Shown in pieces: positions 24,891 through 38,000 of a DNA stretch of 64,000 bases. Both the position numbers and the translations under genes were made by a program. Position 1 is the stretch's first letter. The number at the start of each line of letters is the position of its first letter. Location of the stretch: assembly GCA_028534125.1 (NCBI GenBank), contig CM052816.1:27964001-28028000 (forward strand). The letters are read 5' to 3'. The stretch comes from Lama glama (taxonomy: Eukaryota). A model generated the notes under the pieces. The model had not been told where the DNA came from. It worked only from the letters and a program-made list of their open reading frames with translations, and did not search any database.

Positions 24891-25535
24891 GATCACTGAC
24901 AGCAGAGGACAGAAGGCAGGAGGTGATTTGAGAAGGTTTAAAGAAAGGTTTAAACCTTAGCTAGATCTTTAGCACCAAGGAAATGTGCACGAGGAGGAAA
25001 GCTCTTGAAGAATTAACAAATAATCTCAAGCAAATACATATTTCAATGGCTGCTGCAAGAGAAAATCAACTTCCAGGCAGTATAAAAAAGGGAAGACATG
25101 ACAACAGAGTGTTCAGCAAATGCAGTACCGACAGTCAAGTAAGAAAAGAGCGCATGTGTTCCTCATTTCTACCATCCCTGTTCCATCTCCAGGGAAGACC
25201 AAGAATACGAATAACTCCTGTGACAATAGAGCTACATCTTTAGATTGGCATTTGGGTAAGAGAAAAGAAGAAAAAGGAAGCATTTTGAATTAACTGTGAG
25301 ACTGAAATGTTTGCAATATTACCTCTCTGTGGAATTTGTATTTAATTCAAGGAAAAATAAGTTTATCAGCTGAAGTGGTCACCTCAAGGACTTGTATACA
25401 AAGGAACCCCTATTGTTTGAGTGTGAAAACATCTTTAAATCTATCTCTTCCATGGTCATGAAAATAAATTTATCAAAATCAACAGATTTAATGCGATTAG
25501 AGGTTTGATGTTTTTTTCAGTGAGATGGGAATCTT

Positions 25536-25938
25536 GGTTAAAAATTGCCTGACAACAGATTGTTTGTGGGAAAGTTTTGAACTACATACAATGTACTAAT
25601 GTGTAAAAATTAATAAGCATAAACCTCTACTAAACAGAACTGAAAGACCAGAAGGAGTGGCTCTCATGCCCTGATAAGATAGCAGATTCCAACAGGAAGA
25701 AAGACTTTTCATCTCTTTTGGCAAAGGGTCAGGCAACAAAGAGCTATGGACAGTCTGTTTCTATAGCCCTCCCAAATTTCTTTTCCTCTCTATAAAAGTG
25801 TTCTCCTTCTGCTGCATAGGGAGTTGTGTGTGGTTTGCCTCGATGGTTGTAGGCATCAAACTGGAACTGTCTGCTGACTCTGAACAAACCCAACTCTGCT
25901 GGAGAAATATACGGCAGTCTATTTGTTTTAAGTCAACA
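25536..25938 (+). mobile_element. Solo ERV1-type LTR
   Basis: TATAAAA box at ~25791, ends TTTTAAGTCAACA, candidate 4-bp TSD TCTT (25532-25535 and 25939-25942). Confidence 0.7.
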
Positions 25939-27639
25939 TCTTGAGGAAAAAATGTCCTCAAATGGGTAAGAAACACAGTGATATCGAAACTAAATTACTC
26001 TGAATGAATATCCAGTGCCATTTCTTTTTTCTTACATTTTTTTTCCTATCATCCTCTGGCCCTTCCTGAAAAATTTCCTAAAAGTATCAAAAGAAGGGAA
26101 ATATCTCTCAAGGTAGACATACTCCCTCAAAGTAAAGATTTTATTGATAAACCATAGGTATTATTCCATTTTGTTGATTTTTCATGTCTTTATCTTTGAC
26201 AGAAGGTAGAAGAAATAGACATATCTTAAATATCTTTTATGAATCCTAAAATTCAAAGAATTTACTGACTCCATTTCTCTGCCACAACTGACACCCGAAA
26301 CAATACCATTTCATTGCAGCAAACCCAAGGGCAGTTGAATTCCACAAGCATCTTGTTCAATACTTTTAACATTTAATAAACTGATTAATGTTAATTAGGT
26401 AGTAACATCTTATGCAAATAGGCATACATTTTTAATGATGATATGAACCATTAAACAATTCATTCACTCTTACAATAAACAACTAACTTTTTAAAAATTT
26501 GCCATGTTATGTAGTAAGAACAAAAAGACGACTATGACAAGAGAATTGCTACTCAGAATCTGTAGATGGTGCAAACAAATAAATATACCATTACAAAATT
26601 TCGATTTTGTCATATATTAGATGGAGACTGAAGAATTGAAAAGGTGGTAGATATTAAGATAGTATAATACTGATTTATCCAATAGTCAGGTAGGAGTAAG
26701 GTAGATACTCAAGAGATGTGTGGAAACCCAGAGATGTGGGAAGACACATAGGGGGCTTGGAGAACTGATGGAAATGGCTAGAGTAATCTCACTAGTGAAA
26801 AAGGATGGACATCTAGAGAGTTTTACAAGATTGTTGCAACCAAATCCATCATAAGGGTTTCAAATACGATAAACATTTATTATATGATATGATAATGTGG
26901 ATGATTTGAATTACTAAAATAATGACAGGACTGCCAGTTCGTACAGATGAACATCTGATTTGATACACAGAATCGACTAGAATGTTTGCATTACATGCAG
27001 TCTTTCATCTGTCATGAAATCCGACACTGTTCAGCATCACAATGTAATACTTGTAACTGTTATCCAAACTACAGTATCTAGTAACATGTCAGCACTGACA
27101 TTTTATTTTACAATCTGTTATCACTTTCTTAACTCTATTTATGAAAAGGATACTTTAGACCAAGTTACAAGTCTTCCTTTAATCTTATTTTAACAATGGG
27201 AAATATCAGAGTTGTTTAGTCTAACTGGGAGATTGAAATGATGGGATGTGATAGTTAAGACAAAGCCATGATTACATAATGCGGACTACAACATTTGCAG
27301 TGCCTTGCTTTAACTGTCTTCTGGCAGAGGTTTCTTCTCTAACTACACTCATACAGATTGTAGACAGGCTGCAAACAATCTTAACCCCTCTTGTCTAACC
27401 AACTAAGGCATCCTATTTCTTGGTTTGATTGAGTTTGCTGGGAAGCATAAGAAGCCTTGGCAGTATATGTGAGAAAAAACCTCAGCGGAATGCAAATGAG
27501 ATGGCATACAGACCTTAAGTTCCATTCCATTAACAAGCAAAGTATGTTTTATGCTTTCAAAGAAACAGATGATACATCCTAGTTGGAGAATTTTAGACTA
27601 GGCTCATGGATTCATTAAGGTTGTCACAGGGGCACTGCA

Positions 27640-27870
27640 GGGCATGTGGTTTGGAGGTTAGTGACATGAACTCAAGAGCCCAGCTGATTAGATCTGAATC
27701 CTATCTTGTCCGCTTATTTGCTCACGGAAATTGGACAAGTTATTTAACTGCTATGTGCCTACATTTTCTTATTTAAAAAGAGGTTAATAATATCCTAGGG
27801 CTGTTGAGATAAAATGAATAAATATTTTTTAGGGCTCTTGAAATAGTGTCTGACACAGTAAGCACCATGT
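27640..27870 (+). mobile_element. MIR SINE
   Basis: Core TTGGACAAGTTATTTAACTGCTATGTGCCTACATTTTCTTATTTAAAAA and tail AATAGTGTCTGACACAGTAAGCAC. Confidence 0.8.
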
Positions 27871-27874
27871 AAGT

Positions 27875-28395
27875 TTCTGTGTAATACCACAAATATAGTG
27901 GTGTAAAATATGTATACATTTACTTTCTTGTTGTTTTTATGAATCAGGAGTCTGGGCACAGATTAGCTGGCTTCTCTGCAAGGCTACAATCAAGATGTCT
28001 TTCTGAGTTTTAGTTTCATCTCAAGGCTTGACTGGGTAAGGATTTGCATCAAAGCTCCTGTCTTTGTTGGCAGAATTTGTTTCTTCATTACCCAATGGGC
28101 TAAGGGCTGTTTCTTACTGGATGTCAACCTGAGGTTTCTCCCAGTTCTCTGCCAGGTGAACTCCCTAACTTAATGTTTGCTTTAACTAATCCAGCAAGAG
28201 AGAAATCTCTTGCAAAATGGACATTATATCTCACGTAAAAGAATTATGGAAGTGAAATCTGATCACTTTGTCCCACAGTCTATTGGTTGAAATCAGATCA
28301 CAGGTTCTGGTCACAGTCAGGAGAAGATGATTACACAAGAGTGTGACACTAGAGGCCAGGATAATTGGGGATCATTTCAGAGTCTGTTGTTTACC
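27875..28395 (-). mobile_element. MLT1 LTR inserted in the MIR tail
   Basis: TCAGGAGTCTGGGCACAGATTAGCTGG; GATTACACAAGAGTGTGACACTAGAGG. Flanking 5-bp TAAGT repeats at 27870-27874 and 28396-28400. Confidence 0.8.
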
Positions 28396-28494
28396 TAAGT
28401 GTTTGTTAAACAAAAAATTGCTTCCCACAGAGCAATGTATATAAATGTAAATTAAAAAATAATCTTTACTGGTAATCTAGTAATTTAAATCACA

Positions 28495-28692
28495 TAATGT
28501 TTGCTAAACCCAGCTCACACCTGCTGTGAGAGCCAATTCTGCGTGACTCTTTCCAACTCCATGTTCAATGACATAATAATGATAAGCTGATATCAGCCAT
28601 AGCTGGTGTATTTTCACCAAATTGGCAATGCCACATGTCAGAGCTGTTTTTACACTAGAAGGCCAGTGGATAAATATTTACCATTATGCACT
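28495..28692 (+). mobile_element. MER63-like hAT DNA transposon remnant
   Basis: GAGAGCCAATT...CTCTTTCCAACTCCATGTTCAATGAC...AAATATTTACC matches my recollection of the MER63A consensus. Confidence 0.7.
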
Positions 28693-31494
28693 TTTTACAT
28701 GTTGTAGATAGGCCTCAGCTTCGCTTACTGGGTTTTTTTTTTTTAACTTTAACTACTTGAATACATTTTAATTAAATTGAACAAGAATCCCAGAAAAAAT
28801 ATTAGGTAATATCGCAGCACCAAATCTATCAAATATTTTAATTTTAATTAACATTTTATTTAAAACAAGATAAACTCAAACCATGGTCTGCTCACATATT
28901 TTAAAAATACATGTATTTATGACTTCTGTATTACATATCTTTTAATTTGTTGGATACCATTAAGACTCTAGGCCAACTTAAATTCTTAACAACTGTTAGG
29001 ATATGTTTCTCTAAAACATGTTCATAAAAAATAATGTTTCTTAAAACATCTTGCAGAGGGAGCAAACATGCTTTAGGTCCATTGATTTTATTCCTGAAGA
29101 ATATATATTCTTATCAGTGATAAAACAGCACATAATAAACGTTTTACAGCAGTCCATCCATCTCTCATGTTTAAATATCATATACCAGTGTATAACCTCA
29201 ACAGAAGGTGTAACCCTCATACATTTTGTCAAGCAGTCAATTAGGTCAGCTTAGCTCCAAATTTAGCATAATAATAACTATTACTAGTGGTTAATATCAG
29301 TGATTTTATTATTATTTGTTTTCAGTTATTTTCTAATACCTCATACTTATATTATTATGTAATAAGACAATTCTTCTTGAATCCAGGAGTGGGGTGTGAA
29401 TTAAAAAATAATTATCCTCTAATATCCACTTTTATAATGAGTATATTTAGATTCATTTATGACTAAGGCATCAGGTTATTATTATCGACTGTTAAAACTT
29501 TGCTGACCAAGAAAGATTTTCCTTTCTCTGTATTGCTTTACTATGAAGTTTCAATTCAACACATGTCCCCAAACTATGAGTATATAAATCTCCTTTCTGA
29601 GCAACAAAAGACCGCTTTGATCAGCGATAGCTATTCCTGTGTTCTGCCTCCATATGGAAGTTTAATGATCCTGGATGAACATGAATTCAAAATAAGCTCC
29701 CAAATGGTCAGAACAAACTGGAAAGCTTTCCTTCCTTACGTCTGGCATGAGGGTCTATCTTAAATAAACAATACAGGATGCTGTCACAGACAGTAGTTGT
29801 AAAAGAATTCCACCATGAATTGGCTGTAATTCAGCACTTTCTGAAATCTCATCCTAGACTTCTGTATTAGAGAGAGATCAACAGGGAACCTAAGTTAGTG
29901 TTTCCAAATGTGACTGTGGGTCAGAAATAATGAGAGAGCTTATTAAACATCTGAACTCCTACATCCAACACCAGAAATGTAAAATCAAAATCTTCAGAAG
30001 AGACAAAAAGTCTCTTTATCTGAAAACTCTTATAGGAGATTAAGAAAAGTTTACAGGTTTGGGGACAACTTGTTTGTAGAAGCATACCTGCAAATTGTAA
30101 AAACTTTATAGTTAAGTAAAAAGGAACCAAAGTATCTGGATAATTTATTTTTTGATCCTTGTAGGAAAAAAAATCCTAAAAATTAGGGTTCATACTTATG
30201 CCTTTGGCATTTTACAAAATGTCCATTAGGGGAGTATTTTTGCACATTATTGCAAATCACATATACTATTAATTATGCTATCCAAGGTCTCTTAATAGAT
30301 CCTCCCATAATTCAGTGGCTACTGTTAGGGATTCATTATGTATGAAATATAGGCAAAACATGAACACATTCTACATCAACAAGACAAAATTCTGTCCATG
30401 GTAAATGGATGGTAAAGGCCATAGTACTGTAACCACAATTAAGAAGGAAATAGAAAGGCAAAGTATTCAGAAATTAGCTATTGTACATGAATTGCACTTA
30501 AGCTCTTGTCCTATTAACATCAGATGCCAAGTATCCAAGACTCAATTGTGGCCTCCAAATGAAATCAAGAAAAACAACCACAGAAACAAAGGGTTTCAGT
30601 GAGCATAAAACGGCAACATCCAATGGAATGAGATTCTTCTAGAGAAATTGGCTATCTGAAAACACTTTCAACTTTGCACTGGTATTTTATGTCTAGCCTG
30701 AAGTAGGAATTTTTTCAATTTAGATTAATAGCTTTTGAAATCAAGTTGTGTTTATACACCGCTTGGTATGTAACATTTAGAAAACAGGCCATGAATGTGG
30801 TTTACATTTAAACAGAATATTCGATCTTTTAAAATGACAACAAACCAGATCCTTCGAGTAATACAGCAATGAAAGAAACCAGTAATCACTGTTGAAGTTA
30901 ACTTCATCTGCTCTACAAAAAGTTCTCAATTAGTTTGCAACAGGATCAACCACAAGCAGAAACTAGTACCTGGGGGACTCGTACGGAAACCTGAGAGTAA
31001 GATAAACGGTAAATGGACTTTGTTCAAGCAAGAGCTGTTGGCAATGTCAGTCTCAGAGAGAAATATCATTTGCCCAGGTTTCTAAAGAACAAACGCCCCA
31101 CTAAAGTATAAGCAATTGCCCTACTTGTTAATACTGGAGGGAAAATATAGTAACATTATTTTCTAACTAAGTCAAACAAGCACAAATAATTAGCTTATCT
31201 TTTTGACAACTGTTCCACTTCTGTTTTTCCTTCAGTTTACTTATTTTTTTTCCTATTTCCTTCAGTTTACTCTTAATGATGGCCATGGATTTAAATATTT
31301 CAATCTGTGGTGTAGTATCTGATTCTTCCCCCATGTGGGATAAGTTCAATCTGCCATGTTAGTTGTGCCTTTTTACCATAATCACCCAAATTATTCATTA
31401 CGTCTTGGTATGTGGCATTTAGCTGTACCTAATGAGTTCCACATGTAGGAAATAAAATCCAAGACAGACAATATAATCTTCATTTTTCTCGGGT

Positions 31495-32562
31495 TTTTTG
31501 GGATATAATGGACATAAAATTGTGTAAGTTTAAGGTGTACAACATGATTTGATACATGTATATACTGTGAAATGATCACCTCAAAAAGGTAATTGTCTCA
31601 TGTATTTCCTATTATTTGGGGTGAGGATATTTAAGATGTACTCTCTTATCAATTTACAAGTACACAATACAATATCGTTAAGTATAGTCACTATGCTGAA
31701 CATGAGATTCCCAGAACTCACTCATTTTACATCTGGAAGTTTACACTTTAACCAACATCTTACCATTTCCCCCATCCCCTAACCTCTGGCAACCACTATT
31801 CTACTCTGAGTTTGGCTTTTTTTTTTTTTAAAGATGTCACACATAAGTGAGATCCTATAGTTTTTCTTTCTCTGTCTGATTTAATTTACTCAGCATGATG
31901 TCCTCAAGGTCTATCCATGTTGTTGCAAATGTCAGTATTTCCTTTTTTATGACTGAGTAATGTTCCATTGTATGTATCTATGTATGTGTATATATTTTTA
32001 CAAATACACATATTTGCCTCTTTATTTGTCAATAGACACAGAGTGTTCTCATGTCCTCACTATTTGCAAATAATGCTGCAATAACCTTGGGGGTGCAGAT
32101 ATCTCTTCAAGATAGTAATTTCATTTCCTCTAGATATATGCCCAGAAGTAGGATTGCTGGATCATACGGTAGCTCTATTTTTAGTTTTTTGAGAAACTTC
32201 CATACTGTTTTCCATAGTAGTTGTACCAATTTCATTCCTGCCTACAGTGTACCAGGGTTCTTTTCAACCTACATCCTTACCAGTGATTGTTATTTCTTGT
32301 TCTTTAGACAATGTCCTAAGAAGTGTGAGGTGTGGTTTTGCTTTGAATTTCCATGATCAATGATGTGTGTGTATGTTTTGGCTATTCGTATGTCTTTTTG
32401 GAAAAAATATGTATTCAGGTTTTCTCCCCATTTTTTATTGTATTATTTGAGTTTTTGTTTTTGCCATTGAGCTGAATAATTTTCTTAACTAACCCTAAGT
32501 GCATGAACTTTCTATATTGTTCCATTGATCTATATGTCTGTTTTGGTGTCAATACCATACTG
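31495..32562 (-). mobile_element. L1MA9-like 3' end, antisense
   Basis: TGTAAGTTTAAGGTGTACAACATGATTTGATAC; CCCAGAAGTAGGATTGCTGGATCATACGGTAG. Confidence 0.85.
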
Positions 32563-32815
32563 TTAGGGATTAACATATACATACACTATATATATGCACA
32601 TACATATATTAATATAAACAATAAGGACCTACTGTATAGCACAGGGAACTATATTCAGTATCTTGTAATATCCTATAATGGGAAAGAATCAGAAAATCTG
32701 AAATGTGTATATACATATACAGTATATGTATATATATATTTACACACACACATATATATATAACTGAATCATTTTGCTGTACACCCAAAACTAACACATT
32801 ATAAAAAAGAAAAAT
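32563..32815 (+). mobile_element. Cetartiodactyl-type L1 3' tail
   Basis: AAGGACCTACTGTATAGCACAGGGAACTATATTCAGTATCTTGTAATA...ACTGAATCATTTTGCTGTACACC plus A-rich end. Confidence 0.9.
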
Positions 32816-32899
32816 ATTTTTCCACTCCCATTCTGTACTGTTACATAGTAAACCTTCTTCAATAATTAGAATGTAAAACAACAACAATCTTATTATGCA

Positions 32900-33356
32900 C
32901 ACGAGATCTGACTTGGAATTGTGAACTGGACACAATAGGGATGAATTTCTCTGCCTCATGATGTGTGGGCTTCTTTGAGAACACTTGAATTTCTGGAGGC
33001 TGGAATTGTCTGGTGGCTTCTTTGCTCACATATCTGGTAACTAGGCTGGGCTCGCCAGGGACTGTCACTTGGAGTACCTACACATGATCACTCAATGTGG
33101 CTTGGAATTCCTCATAGCATCATGACCTTACGGTACTAAAGCTTGTTATATTACAGATGAGGGAAGCCAGTATTCAAGTTAACAAGGCAGAAACCACATG
33201 TCTTTTCTGAGGTAGCCTAGGAAACCACATAGTGTCACTTCTGCCATACTTTATTGGTCAAAAAAGTCACAAATCCTGTCTAAACTGATTCAGACTTCTA
33301 CCTCTTAATGAAAGCAATGTTGCACCAAATACTTTGCAGCAATGTTTCAAAAACAC
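32900..33356 (-). mobile_element. MLT1 LTR remnant
   Basis: GCCTAGGAAACCACATAGTGTCACTTCTGCCATACTTTATTGGTCAAA. Confidence 0.75.
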
Positions 33357-33359
33357 AGT

Positions 33360-34060
33360 TACTGATTTTCAACAACGTTTGGAGGTCCAAACCATGCTAA
33401 TAAGATGAGAATAAGAAATAAGAATTAAGAAATTTTTCAAAGACTAGAAAAAAAATACGGTTGTATACGAAGAGAATCTTAGGAAACATGTGAAGTGTTA
33501 TAAAATATAAGATAATTCAGCAAGGTAGCTAGATAAAAAAAATCAAAGCAAATACATAAAACACAATTTCATCTCTATATGCCTCTTAAAATTATAAAAC
33601 TATAGAAGGAAATGGTCCCGTTTACAATAGCAAAAATGTTACCTACATGGTTAATATACAATAAAATTAAATTCCTACTTCCTAGCATATACAAATTTTA
33701 ATTCAATGTGGATTAAAGAGTTAACTGTAAAAGTAACTTCAAAAAATAAAGAGCACAATATTTTAACATTGTTATAAAAGGGAGAGTTTTTTTTTGATGA
33801 GGGGCAAAAAAGCAAAGATCTTTTATAGAGAAAAGTATTAACAAATTAGACTGTAAGTGCTTATAAAGAATGCCAAGAAATTTCTTAGAATCAAGTGACA
33901 AGTAAAGAAAAAGTAAGCAAAGAAATGAAGAGCAATCCATTGGCAAAGAACCACAAATGGCCAGAACACATATAAAAAGAGGTTTCATATCACTAATAGT
34001 TAGAAAAATGCAAATTAAACCCACGGTGAGATAGTCTCGTGTCACCAGTTCTTTGACATG
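33360..34060 (+). mobile_element. Old L1M ORF2 fragments
   Basis: TTCAGCAAGGTAGCTAGATA; TCACTAATAGTTAGAAAAATGCAAATTAAACCCACGGTGAGATA. Confidence 0.7.
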
Positions 34061-34249
34061 CATGTATAAATAAACAGGTAAATAAATTTAAAATATTAAG
34101 CTACTTGGATAAACCATACTATTATTGCACCTTTGCAACAATAAAATTCTCCATTATTTTTATAATAATTAAATAAGAGAAATAGAAGATTTTCTAAAAG
34201 GTGCTCCAACAAAGGAATTTAAATGAGGAATAGTATGACAGTATTAGGA

Positions 34250-34640
34250 ATTACTTCATTCCTTACGCTGTGAAAAAATGAATTCACAAGTAAGAATGAC
34301 TTAAGAGACACTTTGATTCATCTCACGTAATAGGAACTCTAGAAGTAGAAGTGTCTGGATTTAGGACAGCCCATCAGTAAGGTCAAAGATCTAGCACTTT
34401 CTGCTCCTACCATCCAAACTATGCATGTGTTTCATTTTCACATGTTGCCTCACAGAAAAATGTATGTGCCAATGATCTAAGGATCACATCCACCAAAGGG
34501 AAAAGGGAGTATCAAAGGAATGTAGCTAAGAGAAGGTTCTTTTGTAGGCTTATTCCTTTTATCCAGGAATAAAGGTTTTCCAAGAAATCTTATGGCAAAT
34601 TTCACTTACGATTCACTGAGCAGTACCCAGCTGGGACAGC
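34250..34640 (-). mobile_element. Old MLT1-type LTR remnant
   Basis: AATGACTTAAG...TCTCACGTAATAGGAACTCTAGAAGTAG; heavily decayed. Confidence 0.45.
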
Positions 34641-37559
34641 CAAGCAAACAGGTGTCCTCGCACCAGTGAAAGGCACTGGGATAGTTACTCTATAGATAGT
34701 TCACCCACAGCGTCTGCTTCTTGTGGTACAAGGTAGAAATTAAATTACCCATGGCGACTGCCAGGACTGATCAAATTAACTACATCATTTAAAAAGCTCC
34801 ATTTCTTTGCCACTGTATTTCTTTTAATACTGAATATCTTTAAAACATTTAGATAAGAGTTTATGGGATCATATCGACGTGTTTTGATCTTGTTGCAAAT
34901 GCCTCCACCCCCAAAATACAAAGTTTGAATGAAGTAATACCACATCCCAAGACAAGCATATGCTTCCCTCTGATTGTCAGGCAATAAAGGTACAAAATAT
35001 AAAATCTGCAGTTTAAGTTTTGTTACAGTTTTTCTTCCTACATTAAGAAAATTAAAAAGCAGCATGGTTATGAATGCTTCTATACCATCTTCAGCGTAAA
35101 CTGTATGTATTTCAATTAATTAGACAGTTTAATTGCATATTGTGTATCAGGATTCTTAAAAATAAATTTGAAGGAAAGATAAATAATTGAATTAAGGGTA
35201 GAAAGAGAAGATCACATTATTAATTAACAAACATGCATTCAGTAAGTTACAGCCATCAAGAACTGTAACAACACAGACTGAGCCAATGATGTAAATTATA
35301 GGACTGTGGTCTAAGTAATTTAAAAACTGTATTCATATTTTTTTCTTTTATAAACTTAACCTTAAGACTAACCACAGAACTTACTATTCACTTCTGAGTT
35401 AGTTTTGAAGCACTTCTACATGTAATTATCTCTAAATTATGGAGAAGATCGTTGAGGGCAAGATTTTATTAAAAAATGTGGGATACTATCAAAGCTGCAT
35501 GTAGAGAACATTAATTACCAAATTATTCTCCATGTTTGGTCAGTTTTGTCCTTTTCTCTGTTAACTCTTTACATGCATACTTATTTAAGACTAAGTATGC
35601 ACGGCTTAGGACTCACTTGCAGCTCTCCTCCACACAAAGTCAACTTGTCCACTCAATTCTATTTCCCTCACAACCAACTCTTTAATGTAAGACAATAGTG
35701 ACAATTAGAAAATGTATAAAATGCTTGGAAATAGCTTCTAATCAGCAAATATATACAAAATACAATACAGTGTGAGTGGATGTGTTTATAGAGCAAAATC
35801 TTCTGTGTGTATTCAGTAATTAGATTCATCAATATTTCCACAGCTTCCCATTTTTCAGTAAAGAGAAACAGGATCCATCAAGACCCCACTGTGACATCTG
35901 TGGGTCCTTGGCACTTCTGCCTTCCTTGGCTTTTTGACCCATTCAAACACACACAAAAATATTCAAAATTATGTTTTATAATTACATGGGTATAAAGATT
36001 AATATATTAACATTATATATTAAAATATTTTGTTTTATCTAAAAGTTCAATATCTTCTTCTAAATTAAAGCATTTTTAACTAAATGAAAGCATTTTTGAG
36101 AGTTCTTAAAAGTAATAAACACCCTAGCCACTGTGTGTAAAGGAGAAGCTAGTCCCAGGCCAATAAGGAAATCTAGATTTTCTTTGAAATAATTTTTATT
36201 TTAATAGAAATTATTACATTAGAGGCTATTTAGAAGTTATATCAAAACTTCATTTTAGTAAAAATATCAATCTTCAAAGTATTTCCCAAGAATTGACAAG
36301 AAGTCATAAAACTGAGTGACCTGAAATCCATTCACTCTCTGTATAACATGATAGCACAAAAAAACAGAAAACATGGAGGCATAAGTGAGACAAAGTAGAA
36401 TGGAATTATGATCTTAAATATACATAAAGAAGATAAGTAAAAATTTTAAATAATAAATAACTGTATTTTTAACTATCAAAAAGATTTCAGCAAATAAAAA
36501 ATGAGAAACCTTGTGATTCCCCCAAAATAGGAATTTTATATTTCAATGGAGAATGATTAAACATGCTATGAAGTTTTCAACTTTAGTAAGAAGTATAGCA
36601 GTAAAAGGAAGGTAGAGCCAAATTGTCATTCGTAGGGGAAAAATACCAAACAATATATGGTTTAAATAATAAATTAAACAAAAAATAAAAAGATTAAAGC
36701 GATAAAATACAATTCTTTCCCCATAACTAAAAAACACATATCTTATAATTCTGCTAACTGCAATATTTAATAAAGAATTTGTAACATACCATTATTGAGT
36801 ATGACCTGAATGACTACAGTGCCCTATGAAAGCAAAACTAGCATAACACGTTACAGTATACGTTTATGTGATTCCCATTTGCTGTCACCTTAGAAATACT
36901 TGTCAGGCAGACTATCATGTCTTTAAACTTGGGTTTTTAAAATACTGTTTTCTATTATATCTTCAGACTCCAGAATAATGCATGAAAAAGTAACAGGTGT
37001 TAAATAAAATATCTGCCAAATGGATAAAAGTTTACATTATTCACCAACTAACTTGTCTAGACCTGTGCTAACATAGGAACATTAGTTACTAAAGCAAGAG
37101 GTAACAATTACAGCACAAACCACACGTTTAATGGGAGGATGATTATTATGGAGAAGCTACTAACAAAACATTGTAAGAAGTGCTTTACAGAATTTAAATA
37201 AACTAAAAGGAATGAACAAATATACTCTATACTAGATACCATTACAATTCTGATAGATCTAAAAAACTGCCAAGAATGGACTCATCTGCATAGTTTTCTG
37301 ACTGAAGACATATTTCTGAATAACAAGGGGACTTAGACTGTTTTTGACATGACATTTCAAGTGAGACTTTGGAAGAAGACCTCCAAATAAGAGTGAGTGC
37401 ATGTGTATGCAGCTGGTTGGAGACAACCAGCTAGATAATGATAATACTGGCTAAATTTATAAGGAACTAATTATATCTGTTTATTTAATGCTTTTGATGT
37501 TTCAAAATGTCTTTAATGATCAGCAGCTTAAAAATACAGATGACCATAATATTCATAGA

Positions 37560-38000
37560 TCATTTCCTGAGAAAATGAATCAGGTATTCTAGATACTATA
37601 TTATTCTGTGTCAAATTCTATCTGTTTATGGAATATTTAACACCATGTCATAAAATAATATTTGCAAGATTATCTTAAATGGGCTTGGAGAAAAACAATT
37701 TTATAGATTGAAAACAGGTTCAAAATTCATAAAGAAAAGGTAATGACACATGTCATTGAATGGGATGTGGAAAGTATCAAGGAGAAAGTTCTGAAGGGCT
37801 GATGTGAGTGGTAATCTTCTTTAGTATTAAATTAATGACCTAGAAAGGGAAGCCAAGCGCACATTAGAGGGACGCATGAATGATGTTAATTTGGTAGGTG
37901 TACAAAGGAATAGAATAAACAGAAATAAATCTACCTAGAGAGGTTATGAATATAGTAAGAAACATATGAAAATGAAATTCATCTTGGAAAAATGCAAATA
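37560..38000 (+). mobile_element. CR1/L3 LINE reverse-transcriptase remnant
   Basis: Degenerate motifs in CR1 order: ATTAATGACCTAGAA (INDLE), GATGTTAATTTGGTAGG (resembles DTKLGG), ATGAAATTCATCTTGGAAAAATGCAAA (MKF..EKCK). Confidence 0.65.

Noticed and set aside
30944..30996. Possible small plus-strand exon (CAACAG...GA|GTAAGA)
   Set aside because: Weak polypyrimidine tract, no recognisable peptide and no partner exons.
32502..32815. Antisense ORF2 piece joined to a sense L1 tail, suggesting a twin-priming inversion
   Set aside because: The antisense piece is equally explained as a continuation of the adjacent antisense L1, and no TSD was found.
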